24,000 nt of DNA from an uncultured Verrucomicrobiae bacterium (GCA_963746035.1 CAVUZN010000001.1:223509-247508); one strand, 5' to 3'; shown: positions 1 through 8,750, counted from the first letter of the stretch. Notes: generated from the letters alone by a model not told the origin. A program made the numbers and translations.

Positions 1-68
1 GCCTTCCGCATCGCGCTCGGTCCATATGTGTTGACTCCGCATCGCAGGGAAACTTTACACTAACAGGC

Positions 69-953
69 TTGAAGGACGCCGCCAGAATCGTCGCCTACTT
101 CGCCGGCACCGTGCTTTTGGGCTGCCTGCTGGCGCCGCCGCTTTACTGGGGCGCGCAATTCCTGGCCGCTTCCAGGGCATTTTCATTCCTGCGCGAAGTC
201 GATTTCGAATCGTTCTTCCACCGCGCCCTGCTAATCGGGGCGTTGCTTCTGCTCTGGCCTTTTCTGAAATGGGCGCGGCTCAGGCGGGCTGATACCGGAA
301 CGGTGGTCGCGGCCAGGTCGCGACCTCGGCAGGAAATATTGATCGGCTTCTTGTCCGCCGTGATCCCCCTGCTTCTCTGCGGGTGTGTCTTGCTCGCCTT
401 GAACGTTTACGGCTATCGATTTGCGCTCACTCCGGGGGCGTTCATTAGCGTGGTGGCGGCGAGTATTTTCGTTCCGATTATCGAAGAACTGTTTTTTCGC
501 GGACTCGTGCTCGGTCTCCTGCTTCGTTCCAATCCGGCGATGGTGGCGAACGCGTTTACCGCCGCTGTTTATGCGATCGTCCACTTTTTAAAGGCGCCCG
601 AGGGAAGCTCCGGTCCGGTCACCTGGGCATCCGGTTTCGTTTCGATAGGCCATTCCTTAGAGCAATTCGGCGAGCCGATGCTTCTGCTCGCCGGATTCGC
701 TACCTTGTTCCTGATCGGGTGGGTCTGCGGCGACGCCAGGATTCGCACCCACAGTCTCTGGCTGCCAATCGGGCTGCACGCCGGCTGGATTTTCGGCAAC
801 GGAATTTTCAACCGGCTGGCTCATCGCCGCATCATTGCGCTGCCGTGGTTAGGCCGGAATCTTTTGATTGGTATTGTGCCGCTCTGCCTCTGTCTGGTGA
901 CCTGGGGCCTGGTCTGGTTTTACCTGCGCCGCCGGCGGCAGACGACGAATTGA
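69..953 (+). CDS. CPBP-family intramembrane glutamic endopeptidase (CAAX-protease-like)
   Basis: Polytopic hydrophobic protein carrying the family motifs IIEELFFRG (EExxxR), AAVYAIVHF (FxxxH) and GLHAGWIFGN (H-containing third motif). TTG at 69 is the first start codon in a frame that stays open to the window edge, so the true start is uncertain. Confidence 0.8.
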   Translation: MKDAARIVAYFAGTVLLGCLLAPPLYWGAQFLAASRAFSFLREVDFESFFHRALLIGALLLLWPFLKWARLRRADTGTVVAARSRPRQEILIGFLSAVIPLLLCGCVLLALNVYGYRFALTPGAFISVVAASIFVPIIEELFFRGLVLGLLLRSNPAMVANAFTAAVYAIVHFLKAPEGSSGPVTWASGFVSIGHSLEQFGEPMLLLAGFATLFLIGWVCGDARIRTHSLWLPIGLHAGWIFGNGIFNRLAHRRIIALPWLGRNLLIGIVPLCLCLVTWGLVWFYLRRRRQTTN

Positions 954-955
954 AC

Positions 956-1660
956 ATGCTGCGCTCGCTCGTTTCGCTTTTTTATCCGCCGTTCTGTTTT
1001 CTGTGCCACACGGCGGTCGATCCCGGCGAACTTCTTTGCCACAGTTGCGGTGGCACCGCTCCGCGAATCAGAGCGCCGTTCTGTCGAACCTGCTCGGAGC
1101 CGTTCGACGGCGCGATCACGACCAGTTTCTCCTGCGCAAACTGCGGCAGTCGCACCCTGCACTTCGAAACTGCCGTGTCCGCCTATCGCAGCCGGGGTGT
1201 GGTGCGGCGAGCCGTGCATGAGTTGAAATACAATGGTCAGCTTCACCTTCGTCATCAGGTCGCCGATTGGCTGGAAGCGGCCCTGGATGACGACCGTCTG
1301 CACGCTCGCAAATTCGATGTGCTTGTGCCGGTGCCCCTCCATTCGGCGCGCCAGCGGGAGCGCGGCTTCAACCAGGCCGAAATGCTGGCCCGGATCGTGG
1401 CGGAGCGGCGAAGCATTCCTTGCCAACCCCTGTTAAAGAGGGTTCGCTACACCACGACCCAGACCGCTTTCGACCGCAATGAACGCATCAAGAACCTGCA
1501 TGACGCCTTTCGTTTACGGAATAAGGCGGACGTGCGAGATTTGCACGTGTTGCTGATCGACGATGTCTTAACCACCGGCGCGACCCTGAGCGAGTGCGCG
1601 CGTGTGCTGAGAGTGGCGGGAGCCGCTTCAGTTTGCGCGGCGACCGCAGCCCGCGCCTGA
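956..1660 (+). CDS. comF: ComF-family protein (phosphoribosyltransferase domain with N-terminal Cys-rich zinc ribbon)
   Basis: ATG at 956 lies 2 nt after the CPBP stop. N-terminus has CFLCHT..CHSCG and CRTCSEPF..CANCG Cys pairs. C-terminus has the PRTase motif VLLIDDVLTTGATL. The track ORF start at 719 is an out-of-frame overlap with the upstream gene and was trimmed. Confidence 0.85.
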   Translation: MLRSLVSLFYPPFCFLCHTAVDPGELLCHSCGGTAPRIRAPFCRTCSEPFDGAITTSFSCANCGSRTLHFETAVSAYRSRGVVRRAVHELKYNGQLHLRHQVADWLEAALDDDRLHARKFDVLVPVPLHSARQRERGFNQAEMLARIVAERRSIPCQPLLKRVRYTTTQTAFDRNERIKNLHDAFRLRNKADVRDLHVLLIDDVLTTGATLSECARVLRVAGAASVCAATAARA

Positions 1661-1666
1661 TTCACC

Positions 1667-2512
1667 ATGGCCATTTTCAAGAAGCCGGTTCTCAAAGCTC
1701 AAGCGCGCAAAAAACGGGATATCCCGCCCGGGCTTTTTCAAAGGTGCGACGGGTGCGGTGAGGTCGTGCACGAGATTGAGCTGATGCAGAATCTGCGGGT
1801 TTGTCCGCGCTGCGACTATCATTTCCCGCAATCGGCCAAGGAACGGGTCGACACGCTGCTCGATCCGGAAAGCTTCGTCGAGATGGACGCCGAGTTGGCT
1901 TCGATCGATACCCTGCGTTTCCAGGGCCTGTCCAACTACAAGGATCGGCTGAAAAAATACCAGGAGAGCACCGGCCTCATCGACGCCGTCCTTAGCGGCT
2001 ACGGCTTGATCAACGGCTACAAGGTGGCGATCGCGGTGATGGATTTTAGTTTCCTCGCCGCCACCATGGGTTCGGTAGTCGGTGAACGCATCACCCGCGT
2101 CATCGAATATGGCACTTCCAAGCGCGCGCCGGTGATCATCATCGCGGCCTCCGGCGGCGCTCGCATGTACGAAGGAATGCTGAGCCTGATGCAAATGGCC
2201 AAGACCAGTGGCGCGCTCGCCCGGCATGCCGCAGAAAGACTGCCTTACATTTCTGTCCTAACGAACCCGACGACGGCCGGAGTGATGGCGAGCTTCGCTT
2301 CACTCGGCGATGTCATCATTGCCGAGCCCAAAAGCATGATCGGCTTTGCCGGACCGCGCGTGATCAAAGAAACGACGCACCAGGATCTGCCGGAAGGTTT
2401 TCAGACCGCGGAGTTCCTGGAAGAGCACGGCTTGGTCGACATGATTGTGCATCGCCGCCGCATGCGCGACCAGATTGCGCAATTGCTCGCCTACTTGAGC
2501 CTGGCGGCGTGA
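1667..2512 (+). CDS. accD: Acetyl-CoA carboxylase carboxyltransferase subunit beta
   Basis: N-terminal zinc ribbon CDGCGEVV...CPRCDYHF, carboxyltransferase core IIIAASGGARMYEG and LTNPTTAGV. Conserved accD-folC adjacency. Confidence 0.95.
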   Translation: MAIFKKPVLKAQARKKRDIPPGLFQRCDGCGEVVHEIELMQNLRVCPRCDYHFPQSAKERVDTLLDPESFVEMDAELASIDTLRFQGLSNYKDRLKKYQESTGLIDAVLSGYGLINGYKVAIAVMDFSFLAATMGSVVGERITRVIEYGTSKRAPVIIIAASGGARMYEGMLSLMQMAKTSGALARHAAERLPYISVLTNPTTAGVMASFASLGDVIIAEPKSMIGFAGPRVIKETTHQDLPEGFQTAEFLEEHGLVDMIVHRRRMRDQIAQLLAYLSLAA

Positions 2513-3759
2513 CCGGCGCTTCGTCGGAGCGATCATTTTCGTCTTACCCGGAAGCGCTGAGCTGGCTGTACCAGCTGGAGCGCTTCGGGATTAAACTCGG
2601 ACTGGAAAATGCGCAGCGGCTTTTCGCCGCGCTCGAGATCGATCTTTCCTCCGCTTGCGTCTTCCACGTTGCGGGGACAAACGGCAAAGGCTCGGTCTGC
2701 GCGATGATCGATTCAATCTGCCGGGCCGGCGGCTTGCGCTCCGGCCTGTTTACCTCGCCACACCTGATCACTTTCCGGGAACGCATCCGGGTGGACGGCG
2801 AGTATGTTCCCGAAGACGACGTCGTGGCGGGCCTGGAAAGAATCAGGCGACTGATCGAGACTTGGGATCCGCACCCGACTTTCTTCGAAGTTACGACGGC
2901 GCTCGCTGTGGATTTTTTCATGCGCCAAAAGTGCGAGGTGGTGGTTCTGGAAACGGGGTTGGGCGGGCGCCTCGATGCGACCAACAGCGTTCAATCAAAT
3001 GTCACAGGACTCACGCCGATCCAGTTCGATCACGAGAAATGGCTGGGCTCGACGATCGCGCAGATCGCCGGCGAGAAGGCAGGGATCATCAAGCCTAACG
3101 TGCCGGTGGTTTCAGCGCCGCAGTTGCCGGAAGCCCGACGCGTGATCGAAGCGCGCGCGGCGGAATGCCAGGCGCCGTTGGAGTTTGTCATGTCGCCGTT
3201 CGAGGCCTTCCGGGTCGGACTCGGCGGCGCGCATCAGAAATGGAATGCCGCGGTCGCAGTGGCGGCGATTCGCCAGAGTCGTCTGGTGGTTCCGGCACAG
3301 AAGATTGTGGCCGGGCTTGGAAGTGTGCAGTGGCCGGCTCGCTTTCAGGGGGTCGACGAACGAACGGTGCTCGACGGCGCGCACAATCCGGCTTCCGCGG
3401 AAACGCTGGCGGCGACGTGGAAAGAAGTTTTCGGTGGTGAGCGAGCGACCTTGATCCTGGCAGTGCTGGCGGACAAGGACATCGGAGGGATAATCCAGGC
3501 GCTGGCGCCGATTGCGGATTCGATATTGTTGCCGAGGATTCGGAGTGAGCGGAGCGCGCCGCCGGAAGAGATTGCGGCCGCTCTTTTGGCCAAGGCTCCA
3601 TCACTCCGCTACTCCATTACTCCGAGCTTCGCGGAGGCGCTGGCGATTGCGCGCGGGAAGAGCCGTCCCATTTTAATAACCGGATCTCTTCATTTTGCGG
3701 GTGAAGCGCTGGCCCACCTGCAGGGGCAGCTGGCCGCGTTTGAAGAATGCGCGCAATAA
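2509..3759 (+). CDS. folC: Bifunctional folylpolyglutamate synthase / dihydrofolate synthase
   Basis: Mur-ligase P-loop HVAGTNGKGS, LETGLGGRLDATN and DGAHNP motifs. GTG start overlaps the accD stop (GTGA at 2509-2512). Confidence 0.9.
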   Translation: MTGASSERSFSSYPEALSWLYQLERFGIKLGLENAQRLFAALEIDLSSACVFHVAGTNGKGSVCAMIDSICRAGGLRSGLFTSPHLITFRERIRVDGEYVPEDDVVAGLERIRRLIETWDPHPTFFEVTTALAVDFFMRQKCEVVVLETGLGGRLDATNSVQSNVTGLTPIQFDHEKWLGSTIAQIAGEKAGIIKPNVPVVSAPQLPEARRVIEARAAECQAPLEFVMSPFEAFRVGLGGAHQKWNAAVAVAAIRQSRLVVPAQKIVAGLGSVQWPARFQGVDERTVLDGAHNPASAETLAATWKEVFGGERATLILAVLADKDIGGIIQALAPIADSILLPRIRSERSAPPEEIAAALLAKAPSLRYSITPSFAEALAIARGKSRPILITGSLHFAGEALAHLQGQLAAFEECAQ

Positions 3760-3840
3760 AGCGGCGCTTAGGAACGGCTCGACAGAGTCTCGCCCCACCG
3801 ATGGGGGTTCGGCGCTGGATGGACTCGATGGCAGTCGTGC

Positions 3841-5391
3841 CTACTTAACGTCGATTCTGGGGAAGAGCGGGACGGGCTGGCCGACGACATGGCCGTCCGG
3901 CAAACCGCTGGATTTTGTGTCGGCGAGGCTGAAGCGATTTTCTTTCCCGCGTTCTTCCGTTTTCCAATTCAGTTGATCGAAGATTCCGTGGGCAGCCTTG
4001 GGTAAGACCGGTGAAATCAGGATGGCGATGATCCGCAGGGAATCGGCTAAGGCATAGAGCAAACGATCGAGCGCGTCCTTCTGACTATCATCTTTCGCCA
4101 TCGCCCAGGGCTTGAGGGCATCAATCTGCTGGTTACAGCTTGTGGCGATGCCAATCGCCTGTTCCAAGCCGGCCTGCACGTGGAACGAATCCATCGCCCC
4201 GGCGTAGTGTCCTGGCACCGGCGAAAGCTCCGGCGCGTTCTGTCGAAGTTTTCCTTCCCGGTACTTCTGCGCCATGTTTAAGGACCGATTGAGCAGGTTC
4301 CCTAACGAATTGGCCAATTCCGAGTTGTAGCGCGTGATCAGTCGATCCTCCGCGAAATCGGCATCGCGGCCGGTCGCGATATCGGTAACCAGGTAATAGC
4401 GCAGCGCGTCCGCACCGTATTTGTCGGCCAGTTCATTGGGATCCACCACGTTGCCGGCGCTCTTGCTCATCTTCGCGCCGCCCAGATTCCACCAACCGTG
4501 CACGAGCAATTGTGGCAACTGCTCATCCGGAAAACCGAGCGCGTGCAGCATGATCAACCAGTAAATTCCGTGCGCTGGGATTAGGATGTCTTTGCCGATA
4601 ATCTGCACGGCCGGCCAACGGTCACGGAAGGTTGAGGGTTGAGAGTTGAGGGTTGCCTGAGCAGGATCGTAACCGAAAAAACTGATGTAGTTCGTTAGCG
4701 CGTCGAACCAAACATAAGTCACGTAGTCGCGATCGAAGGGGAGCTCGATTCCCCAGTCGAGGCGCGCTTTGGGTCGGGAGATACACAAATCTCCGATGAG
4801 TTTTTCGACCGCGTTGCGGAGCTCTGTTTGCCGAAAGTCCGGAATAACCGCATCAGGCCGCGCCTGAAGGTAACCGAGCAGCCAGTCTTTGTGCTGCCCG
4901 AGTTTAAAATAGTAATTCTCTTCCTCGCGAAATTCGACCTGTCCCCACTCCGGCCCGAACTCGCCGTCGGCTCCGCGCTCTTTGTCGGTAAGAAATTGTT
5001 CCTGCCGAACGGAGTAATAGCCGGACTGCTTGTCCTTATAAATCTGCTCTTCCTTGTAAAGCCGCTGCAGAATTCCCTGCACCACGCTCTTGTGCTTTGG
5101 ATCAACAGTAGCCGCCCATTCGCTGTAGCGGACATCAAGTTTCTTCCAAAGATCGATGAACTTTTGGGTGACGTTACTGACGAATTCGGACGGGGCGATG
5201 CCTTCACGCGCGGCGGACTGCTGCACCTTCTGGCCGTGCTGATCGACGCCCGTCAGAAAGAACACGGGCTCGCCCTTCAACCGATGATAACGAGCGATCA
5301 CGTCGGCCAGCACCTTTTCGTAGGCGTGGCCGATATGCGGCGACGAATTGGTGTAATCGATCGCCGTCGTTATGGAATAAATCCGACCCAT
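3841..5391 (-). CDS. metG: Methionine--tRNA ligase (short form, no C-terminal tRNA-binding domain)
   Basis: Class-I signatures SPHIGHAYE (HIGH) and KMSKSAGN (KMSKS). Start set at the ATG (5389-5391, MGRIYSITTAIDY...) rather than the upstream track start at 5469. Confidence 0.93.
   Translation of the reverse strand: MGRIYSITTAIDYTNSSPHIGHAYEKVLADVIARYHRLKGEPVFFLTGVDQHGQKVQQSAAREGIAPSEFVSNVTQKFIDLWKKLDVRYSEWAATVDPKHKSVVQGILQRLYKEEQIYKDKQSGYYSVRQEQFLTDKERGADGEFGPEWGQVEFREEENYYFKLGQHKDWLLGYLQARPDAVIPDFRQTELRNAVEKLIGDLCISRPKARLDWGIELPFDRDYVTYVWFDALTNYISFFGYDPAQATLNSQPSTFRDRWPAVQIIGKDILIPAHGIYWLIMLHALGFPDEQLPQLLVHGWWNLGGAKMSKSAGNVVDPNELADKYGADALRYYLVTDIATGRDADFAEDRLITRYNSELANSLGNLLNRSLNMAQKYREGKLRQNAPELSPVPGHYAGAMDSFHVQAGLEQAIGIATSCNQQIDALKPWAMAKDDSQKDALDRLLYALADSLRIIAILISPVLPKAAHGIFDQLNWKTEERGKENRFSLADTKSSGLPDGHVVGQPVPLFPRIDVK
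4630..4655. repeat. 7-bp-period tract GGTTGAG GGTTGAG AGTTGAG GGTTG inside metG
   Basis: Read directly from the sequence. In frame on the minus strand it encodes ..ATLNSQPSTF.. in the variable loop between WFDALTNY and IGKDIL. Confidence 0.8.
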
Positions 5392-5487
5392 GGGGCGATC
5401 AAAGTGCCGGACAGAGGGTCGGTTAGCAACTCCCGCTTCGTCGCTCAGCCTCGGTGCTACCGAAACCACCGCTTGGTCGTCACCGAT

Positions 5488-7023
5488 TTACTCACTCATC
5501 GACCCGTGCCCCTGATTCATTTGTTCCGGGTTGAGCTGGGAAGGACGAATGCGCAGGAAGACCTGGAAGCCGAAGGCCGGTGCATCGCCGTAGTAGTGTC
5601 GGAGGGAGTCGGGGTAGAAATCGACGGTCAACTCGGTGCCGAGCCCGACATCGATGCCGCGATCATGAACGAAATCGTGCATCACACCGACAGACCACGA
5701 ATTCACGTTGTAAACACGTTCGAGATCGGCACCTTCGAGCACCAGTTCGTGCCCTGACTTTTCCACGTGCTCGAACCGGCTGAAGAAAGTCTCGCGCTGC
5801 CATTGCAGGTCCGTCTCGAAGACAAACGACTGTGTCCTCCCCTCGCCTGTGATGTCGTCCTGTCCCCAGGCAAAAGTATTCGCCCAGTTGATCCCTTTAC
5901 TAAACCGGTGGTTGTAGACGACCGAGGCGGTAGTGCGGTGCTCATTCAGCTCCGGCTCGAGCCCCTCCGGGCCGGTGATATAACCGTGCGAGACTTGAAA
6001 GGCCCAATCGCTGGTTGGATTCCACGAAAAGCGCACACTGGCGGAATCGAAACGCGGACGATCGAAATCGTAGCGGTTCTCGTCGGGTTCACGTCCGGTG
6101 AAGACGCTGCCTTCGAGTTTGAAGTTTTTCCAAACTACGCCGCCGGTGGCGACGCCGAAGGTCACGTGGGTCGAATCTTGCCAGTGATGGGCCAGCGGCG
6201 CGTCCGGCATGTCCATCGCGCTGGGACGATGCATGAATGTGGGCGGGCCGAGGGCAGGTTCGCCCGGATAACCGAAGTAAATGAATGCCGACCAGTCGGT
6301 GTTGAAACGCTGCGAGAGCGAAAAGGAAAGCTCGTCGAAAAGGTCGTGCGGGTGCTGCCGGTCATGCAGCGGCTGGTCGTGCCAGGATTCACCGCTTTGA
6401 AAAAGAAGCGGATAACCACGTCCCCCCTCGGTGAGCGGATCGAGGCTCATCATGGCGCGCAAGCCGAGCTGCGTGTTTTCACCGAAAGCATGGCCGTACA
6501 TAGCCATGATCCAGTTAGGCGCATCGATTCGATCGTCGCCGCGTGAGGTTTCGACATTGGTGTAACGCGGCAAAGCGGCCCCGTGCAGCATCAGCATGTC
6601 TCCGTTAGGCATGAACATGGTGGCGAAAACTGGCGAAGAATCCGGCAGCCAACTTGTGCCCGAACCTTCCCGCGTCATCGGCTCGGCGATGTTGATGGAA
6701 GAGGACATGCTCATGGCGTGAGCGTGCTCGTTAGGAGGAGCTACGGTATCCTTCCCGGAATGTCCGTGGACCGCCTGCGCAGCCGATGACTTTCCCTTCA
6801 CCGGCACTAGCGGCATGTCGCAAATGGGACACTCGCCGGGCTCGCTGCGGACGATGTGGGGATGCATCAGGCAGGTGAATTCCGAGGGTGCCGTGTCAGG
6901 TGAGGTTGCCTTCGAAGCCGCTGCGTGAAGTAGAGCAGGCGCGAGGAAGAGCAAAGCGACAATTGCGCGGCAAAGTTCGAGACGAAGAGCAGGGCGGCTC
7001 CCGCTGGCCCATGACGTGAACAT
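5488..7023 (-). CDS. Secreted heavy-metal-binding-domain (HMBD) protein fused to a Met/His-rich, putative outer-membrane beta-barrel-like region
   Basis: Signal-like N-terminus from the ATG at 7023 (MFTSWASGSRPALRLELCRAIVALLFLAPALLHAAAS). HMBD signature CLMHPHIVRSEPGECPICDMPLVP. His/Met-rich linker (HGHSGK..NEHAHAMSMSSS). Then about 400 aa with alternating-pattern strands and many Met/His (MFMPNGDMLMLHG, MAMYGH, HDRQHPHD). The coding call is solid; the functional call is tentative. Confidence 0.55.
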   Translation of the reverse strand: MFTSWASGSRPALRLELCRAIVALLFLAPALLHAAASKATSPDTAPSEFTCLMHPHIVRSEPGECPICDMPLVPVKGKSSAAQAVHGHSGKDTVAPPNEHAHAMSMSSSINIAEPMTREGSGTSWLPDSSPVFATMFMPNGDMLMLHGAALPRYTNVETSRGDDRIDAPNWIMAMYGHAFGENTQLGLRAMMSLDPLTEGGRGYPLLFQSGESWHDQPLHDRQHPHDLFDELSFSLSQRFNTDWSAFIYFGYPGEPALGPPTFMHRPSAMDMPDAPLAHHWQDSTHVTFGVATGGVVWKNFKLEGSVFTGREPDENRYDFDRPRFDSASVRFSWNPTSDWAFQVSHGYITGPEGLEPELNEHRTTASVVYNHRFSKGINWANTFAWGQDDITGEGRTQSFVFETDLQWQRETFFSRFEHVEKSGHELVLEGADLERVYNVNSWSVGVMHDFVHDRGIDVGLGTELTVDFYPDSLRHYYGDAPAFGFQVFLRIRPSQLNPEQMNQGHGSMSE

Positions 7024-7194
7024 CTTGGTTGTCGATCTTAACCCGTTATCCATTGTGTCACGTTGTAAGCGCTTGTGGGGTCCCTCTCGCTCCCGCGCTC
7101 GAAAATGACCAACCCGTGCGCGTCGGCGGCGTCTGGTGGTTGGATATTGGAGCTTATTTGGAGCGTGGAGGTCGGAATTTTTAGCTTCGCGCCG

Positions 7195-7587
7195 TCACCG
7201 TGGGTCAGCCCCTTCCAGGACGACACAGGCCATCGCATGATTATCCGTATGACTGAGCGTGATCAAGGCGCCAGTGACCCCGCGTTTCTGCGCGAGCTCC
7301 TCGGCGTGACCGGTTAGGATCAGGAACGGCTCACCGCTTTCTCGCTTCTGAACATCAATGTCTTTCCAGCCCATCGCTTTGCCGATCCCGGTCCCAAAAG
7401 CTTTGGAGACCGCTTCCTTGGCCGCGAAGCGCGCCGCCAAATGCCGGGCTGGATACTTCATTGAGTTCGAATAGGCGATCTCACCGTCGGTAAAAACACG
7501 GTGGAGAAAGCGCTCGCCGAAGCGCTCGAGCGAGTGTTCGATGCGCGCGCAGTCCACCAGGTCGACTCCGATCCCGATTACGCTCAT
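7195..7587 (-). CDS. acpS: Holo-[acyl-carrier-protein] synthase (4'-phosphopantetheinyl transferase)
   Basis: MSVIGIGVDLVDCARIE... and FAAKEAVSKAFGTG motifs. ATGA overlap with the pdxJ stop. Conserved pdxJ-acpS pair. Confidence 0.9.
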   Translation of the reverse strand: MSVIGIGVDLVDCARIEHSLERFGERFLHRVFTDGEIAYSNSMKYPARHLAARFAAKEAVSKAFGTGIGKAMGWKDIDVQKRESGEPFLILTGHAEELAQKRGVTGALITLSHTDNHAMACVVLEGADPR

Positions 7588-8336
7588 CCGTTGTAATTCC
7601 GCATCGCCGAAACCATTTGATGAACCGCTGCCTGCAGGCCGATAAACACCGCCCGCGCAATGATGGCGTGGCCGATGTTCAATTCGGCCAGGTGCGGGAT
7701 CTGGTGAATGAGGGCGATGTTATTATAATTGATGCCGTGGCCCGCATTCACCTGCAGGTGATGTTCGTGCGCGCACTTCGCTGCTCCCTGCAGATTGCGT
7801 AACTCTTCGCGTTCGATTTTCTCGGCAAAAGCGTTGGCCAGGCGTCCGGTGTGAAGTTCCACCATATCGGCGCCCAGAGCCCCGGCGGCATCGATTTGCT
7901 CGAGCTTCGGATCCACAAAAAGGCTGATGCGGATGCCGGCGGAATGCAGGCGCGCCATCGTCGGCTCCAGCTCTTTGCGGTTTGCAACCACATCAAGACC
8001 GCCCTCGGTGGTGACTTCTTCGCGCTTCTCCGGCACGAGACAGACTTCGTCCGGGAGCAAACGCAAAGCGGCGTCCACGATCTCCGGCGTGTTGCCCATC
8101 TCGAGGTTCAACTTGGTGATGACGTTTTCGCGAAGGCGCTGCACGTCACGATCCTGGATATGCCGCCGGTCACCACGCAGGTGCACCACGATTCCTTCCG
8201 CACCCGCCCGTTCACAGATCGAGGCTGCCGCAACGATGTCGGGCTCGGCATTTTTCGATTCGGGCATGGTGGCGTAGCGCGCCTGTCGCAGTGTTGCGAC
8301 ATGATCGATGTTCACCCCGAGGCGCAGATTGCCCAT
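7584..8336 (-). CDS. pdxJ: Pyridoxine 5'-phosphate synthase
   Basis: LGVNIDHVATLRQAR, ELHTG and NAGHG motifs. Start placed at ATG 8334-8336; the track ORF begins at a TTG four codons upstream (8348). Confidence 0.93.
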   Translation of the reverse strand: MGNLRLGVNIDHVATLRQARYATMPESKNAEPDIVAAASICERAGAEGIVVHLRGDRRHIQDRDVQRLRENVITKLNLEMGNTPEIVDAALRLLPDEVCLVPEKREEVTTEGGLDVVANRKELEPTMARLHSAGIRISLFVDPKLEQIDAAGALGADMVELHTGRLANAFAEKIEREELRNLQGAAKCAHEHHLQVNAGHGINYNNIALIHQIPHLAELNIGHAIIARAVFIGLQAAVHQMVSAMRNYNG

Positions 8337-8464
8337 AAGCTGCTCCAATAGGTGCTATCCTGTTCCCCAGAGCAAGGGAGAAGCGGCGGTGATCGAACCG
8401 AAGCGCGGAGTTTTCATTGTGCCTGAAGGCGCTGCGCAATCGATTCCCCGCCCCTATACTGCAT

Positions 8465-8653
8465 ATGAAAAAACTTTTTCTCGGATTAACCGCGGCCGCG
8501 CTGCTGGTGACCCCAGCGTTCGCCGCAAAGATGATCTGCAAAGACAGCGGCAAAGAAGTGAAGTCATGCTGCTGCTTGGTCAAAGACGGCAAGTTCGTGT
8601 GCAAGATGTCGAAGAAGACACACGACAAGTGCTGCTGCGAGTCGAAGTCGTAG
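8465..8653 (+). CDS. Small secreted Cys/Lys-rich peptide (62 aa precursor; predicted 42-aa mature part with two C-x9-CCC modules)
   Basis: ATG at 8465 gives MKKLFLGLTAAALLVTPAFA|AKM..., a classic Sec signal with an AxA site. The mature part, AKMICKDSGKEVKSCCCLVKDGKFVCKMSKKTHDKCCCESKS, has 8 Cys and 11 Lys. Codon usage resembles neighbouring genes. The upstream 16 codons of the track ORF (from 8417) were dropped. Confidence 0.6.
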   Translation: MKKLFLGLTAAALLVTPAFAAKMICKDSGKEVKSCCCLVKDGKFVCKMSKKTHDKCCCESKS

Positions 8654-8654
8654 A

Positions 8655-8687
8655 GCGGGCAGTTGCCCGCGCCCGATTCGTTTCTCG
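8655..8687 (+). terminator. Possible intrinsic terminator after the small peptide gene
   Basis: GCGGGC-agtt-GCCCGC perfect 6-bp GC stem (8655-8670), 2 nt after the TAG stop. It is followed by a T-containing stretch (gcccgattcgtttctcg), but the U-tract is displaced and weak. Confidence 0.35.
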
Positions 8688-8750
8688 ATCTGCGAGAGCG
8701 TGACACGCCGCGGCTGACGACTTGGTAGCCGCGCGTTGCCGTCGTGCGAC

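Noticed and set aside
719-955. 5' extension of the ComF ORF (track start 719), and similar N-terminal extensions of metG (5392-5469), the HMBD protein (7024-7053), the OM barrel (20778-20843), the small secreted protein (18594-18629) and the Cys-rich peptide (8417-8464)
   Set aside because: The extensions overlap upstream genes or precede obvious signal peptides or conserved N-termini. Internal ATG codons give canonical protein starts.
3760-3840. Bidirectional terminator between convergent folC and metG (CCCCA-ccga-TGGGG at about 3791-3806; GGCTCGAC-aga-GTCTCGCC nearby)
   Set aside because: The stems are only 5-6 bp and imperfect, with no flanking T/A tracts. I cannot distinguish this from chance in GC-rich DNA.
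4828-5757. 309-aa + strand ORF, plus similar long ORFs: 5767-6546(+), 1628-2227(-), 7851-8351(+), 14019-14603(+), 16264-16872(+), 21852-22634(+), 10533-11006(+), 12679-13095(+)
   Set aside because: All lie antisense to, or out of frame within, genes with strong family motifs (metG, HMBD protein, accD, pdxJ, sdhC, SUOX, phosphatase, sdhB, sdhA). Their Arg/Pro/Gly-rich, low-complexity translations are typical shadow ORFs of GC-rich DNA.
8455-8467. TATACT box 4 nt upstream of the peptide ATG, which could imply a leaderless mRNA
   Set aside because: No convincing -35 element lies at 16-18 nt, and the -10-to-ATG distance is shorter than usual for a transcription start at the A of ATG. The evidence is too weak to call without TSS data.
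8212-8706. 164-aa (-) and 131-aa (+, 8308-8703) ORFs spanning the pdxJ/peptide intergenic region
   Set aside because: They overlap the pdxJ 5' end and the far better supported signal-peptide ORF. Their composition is low-complexity and Arg-rich, with no motifs.
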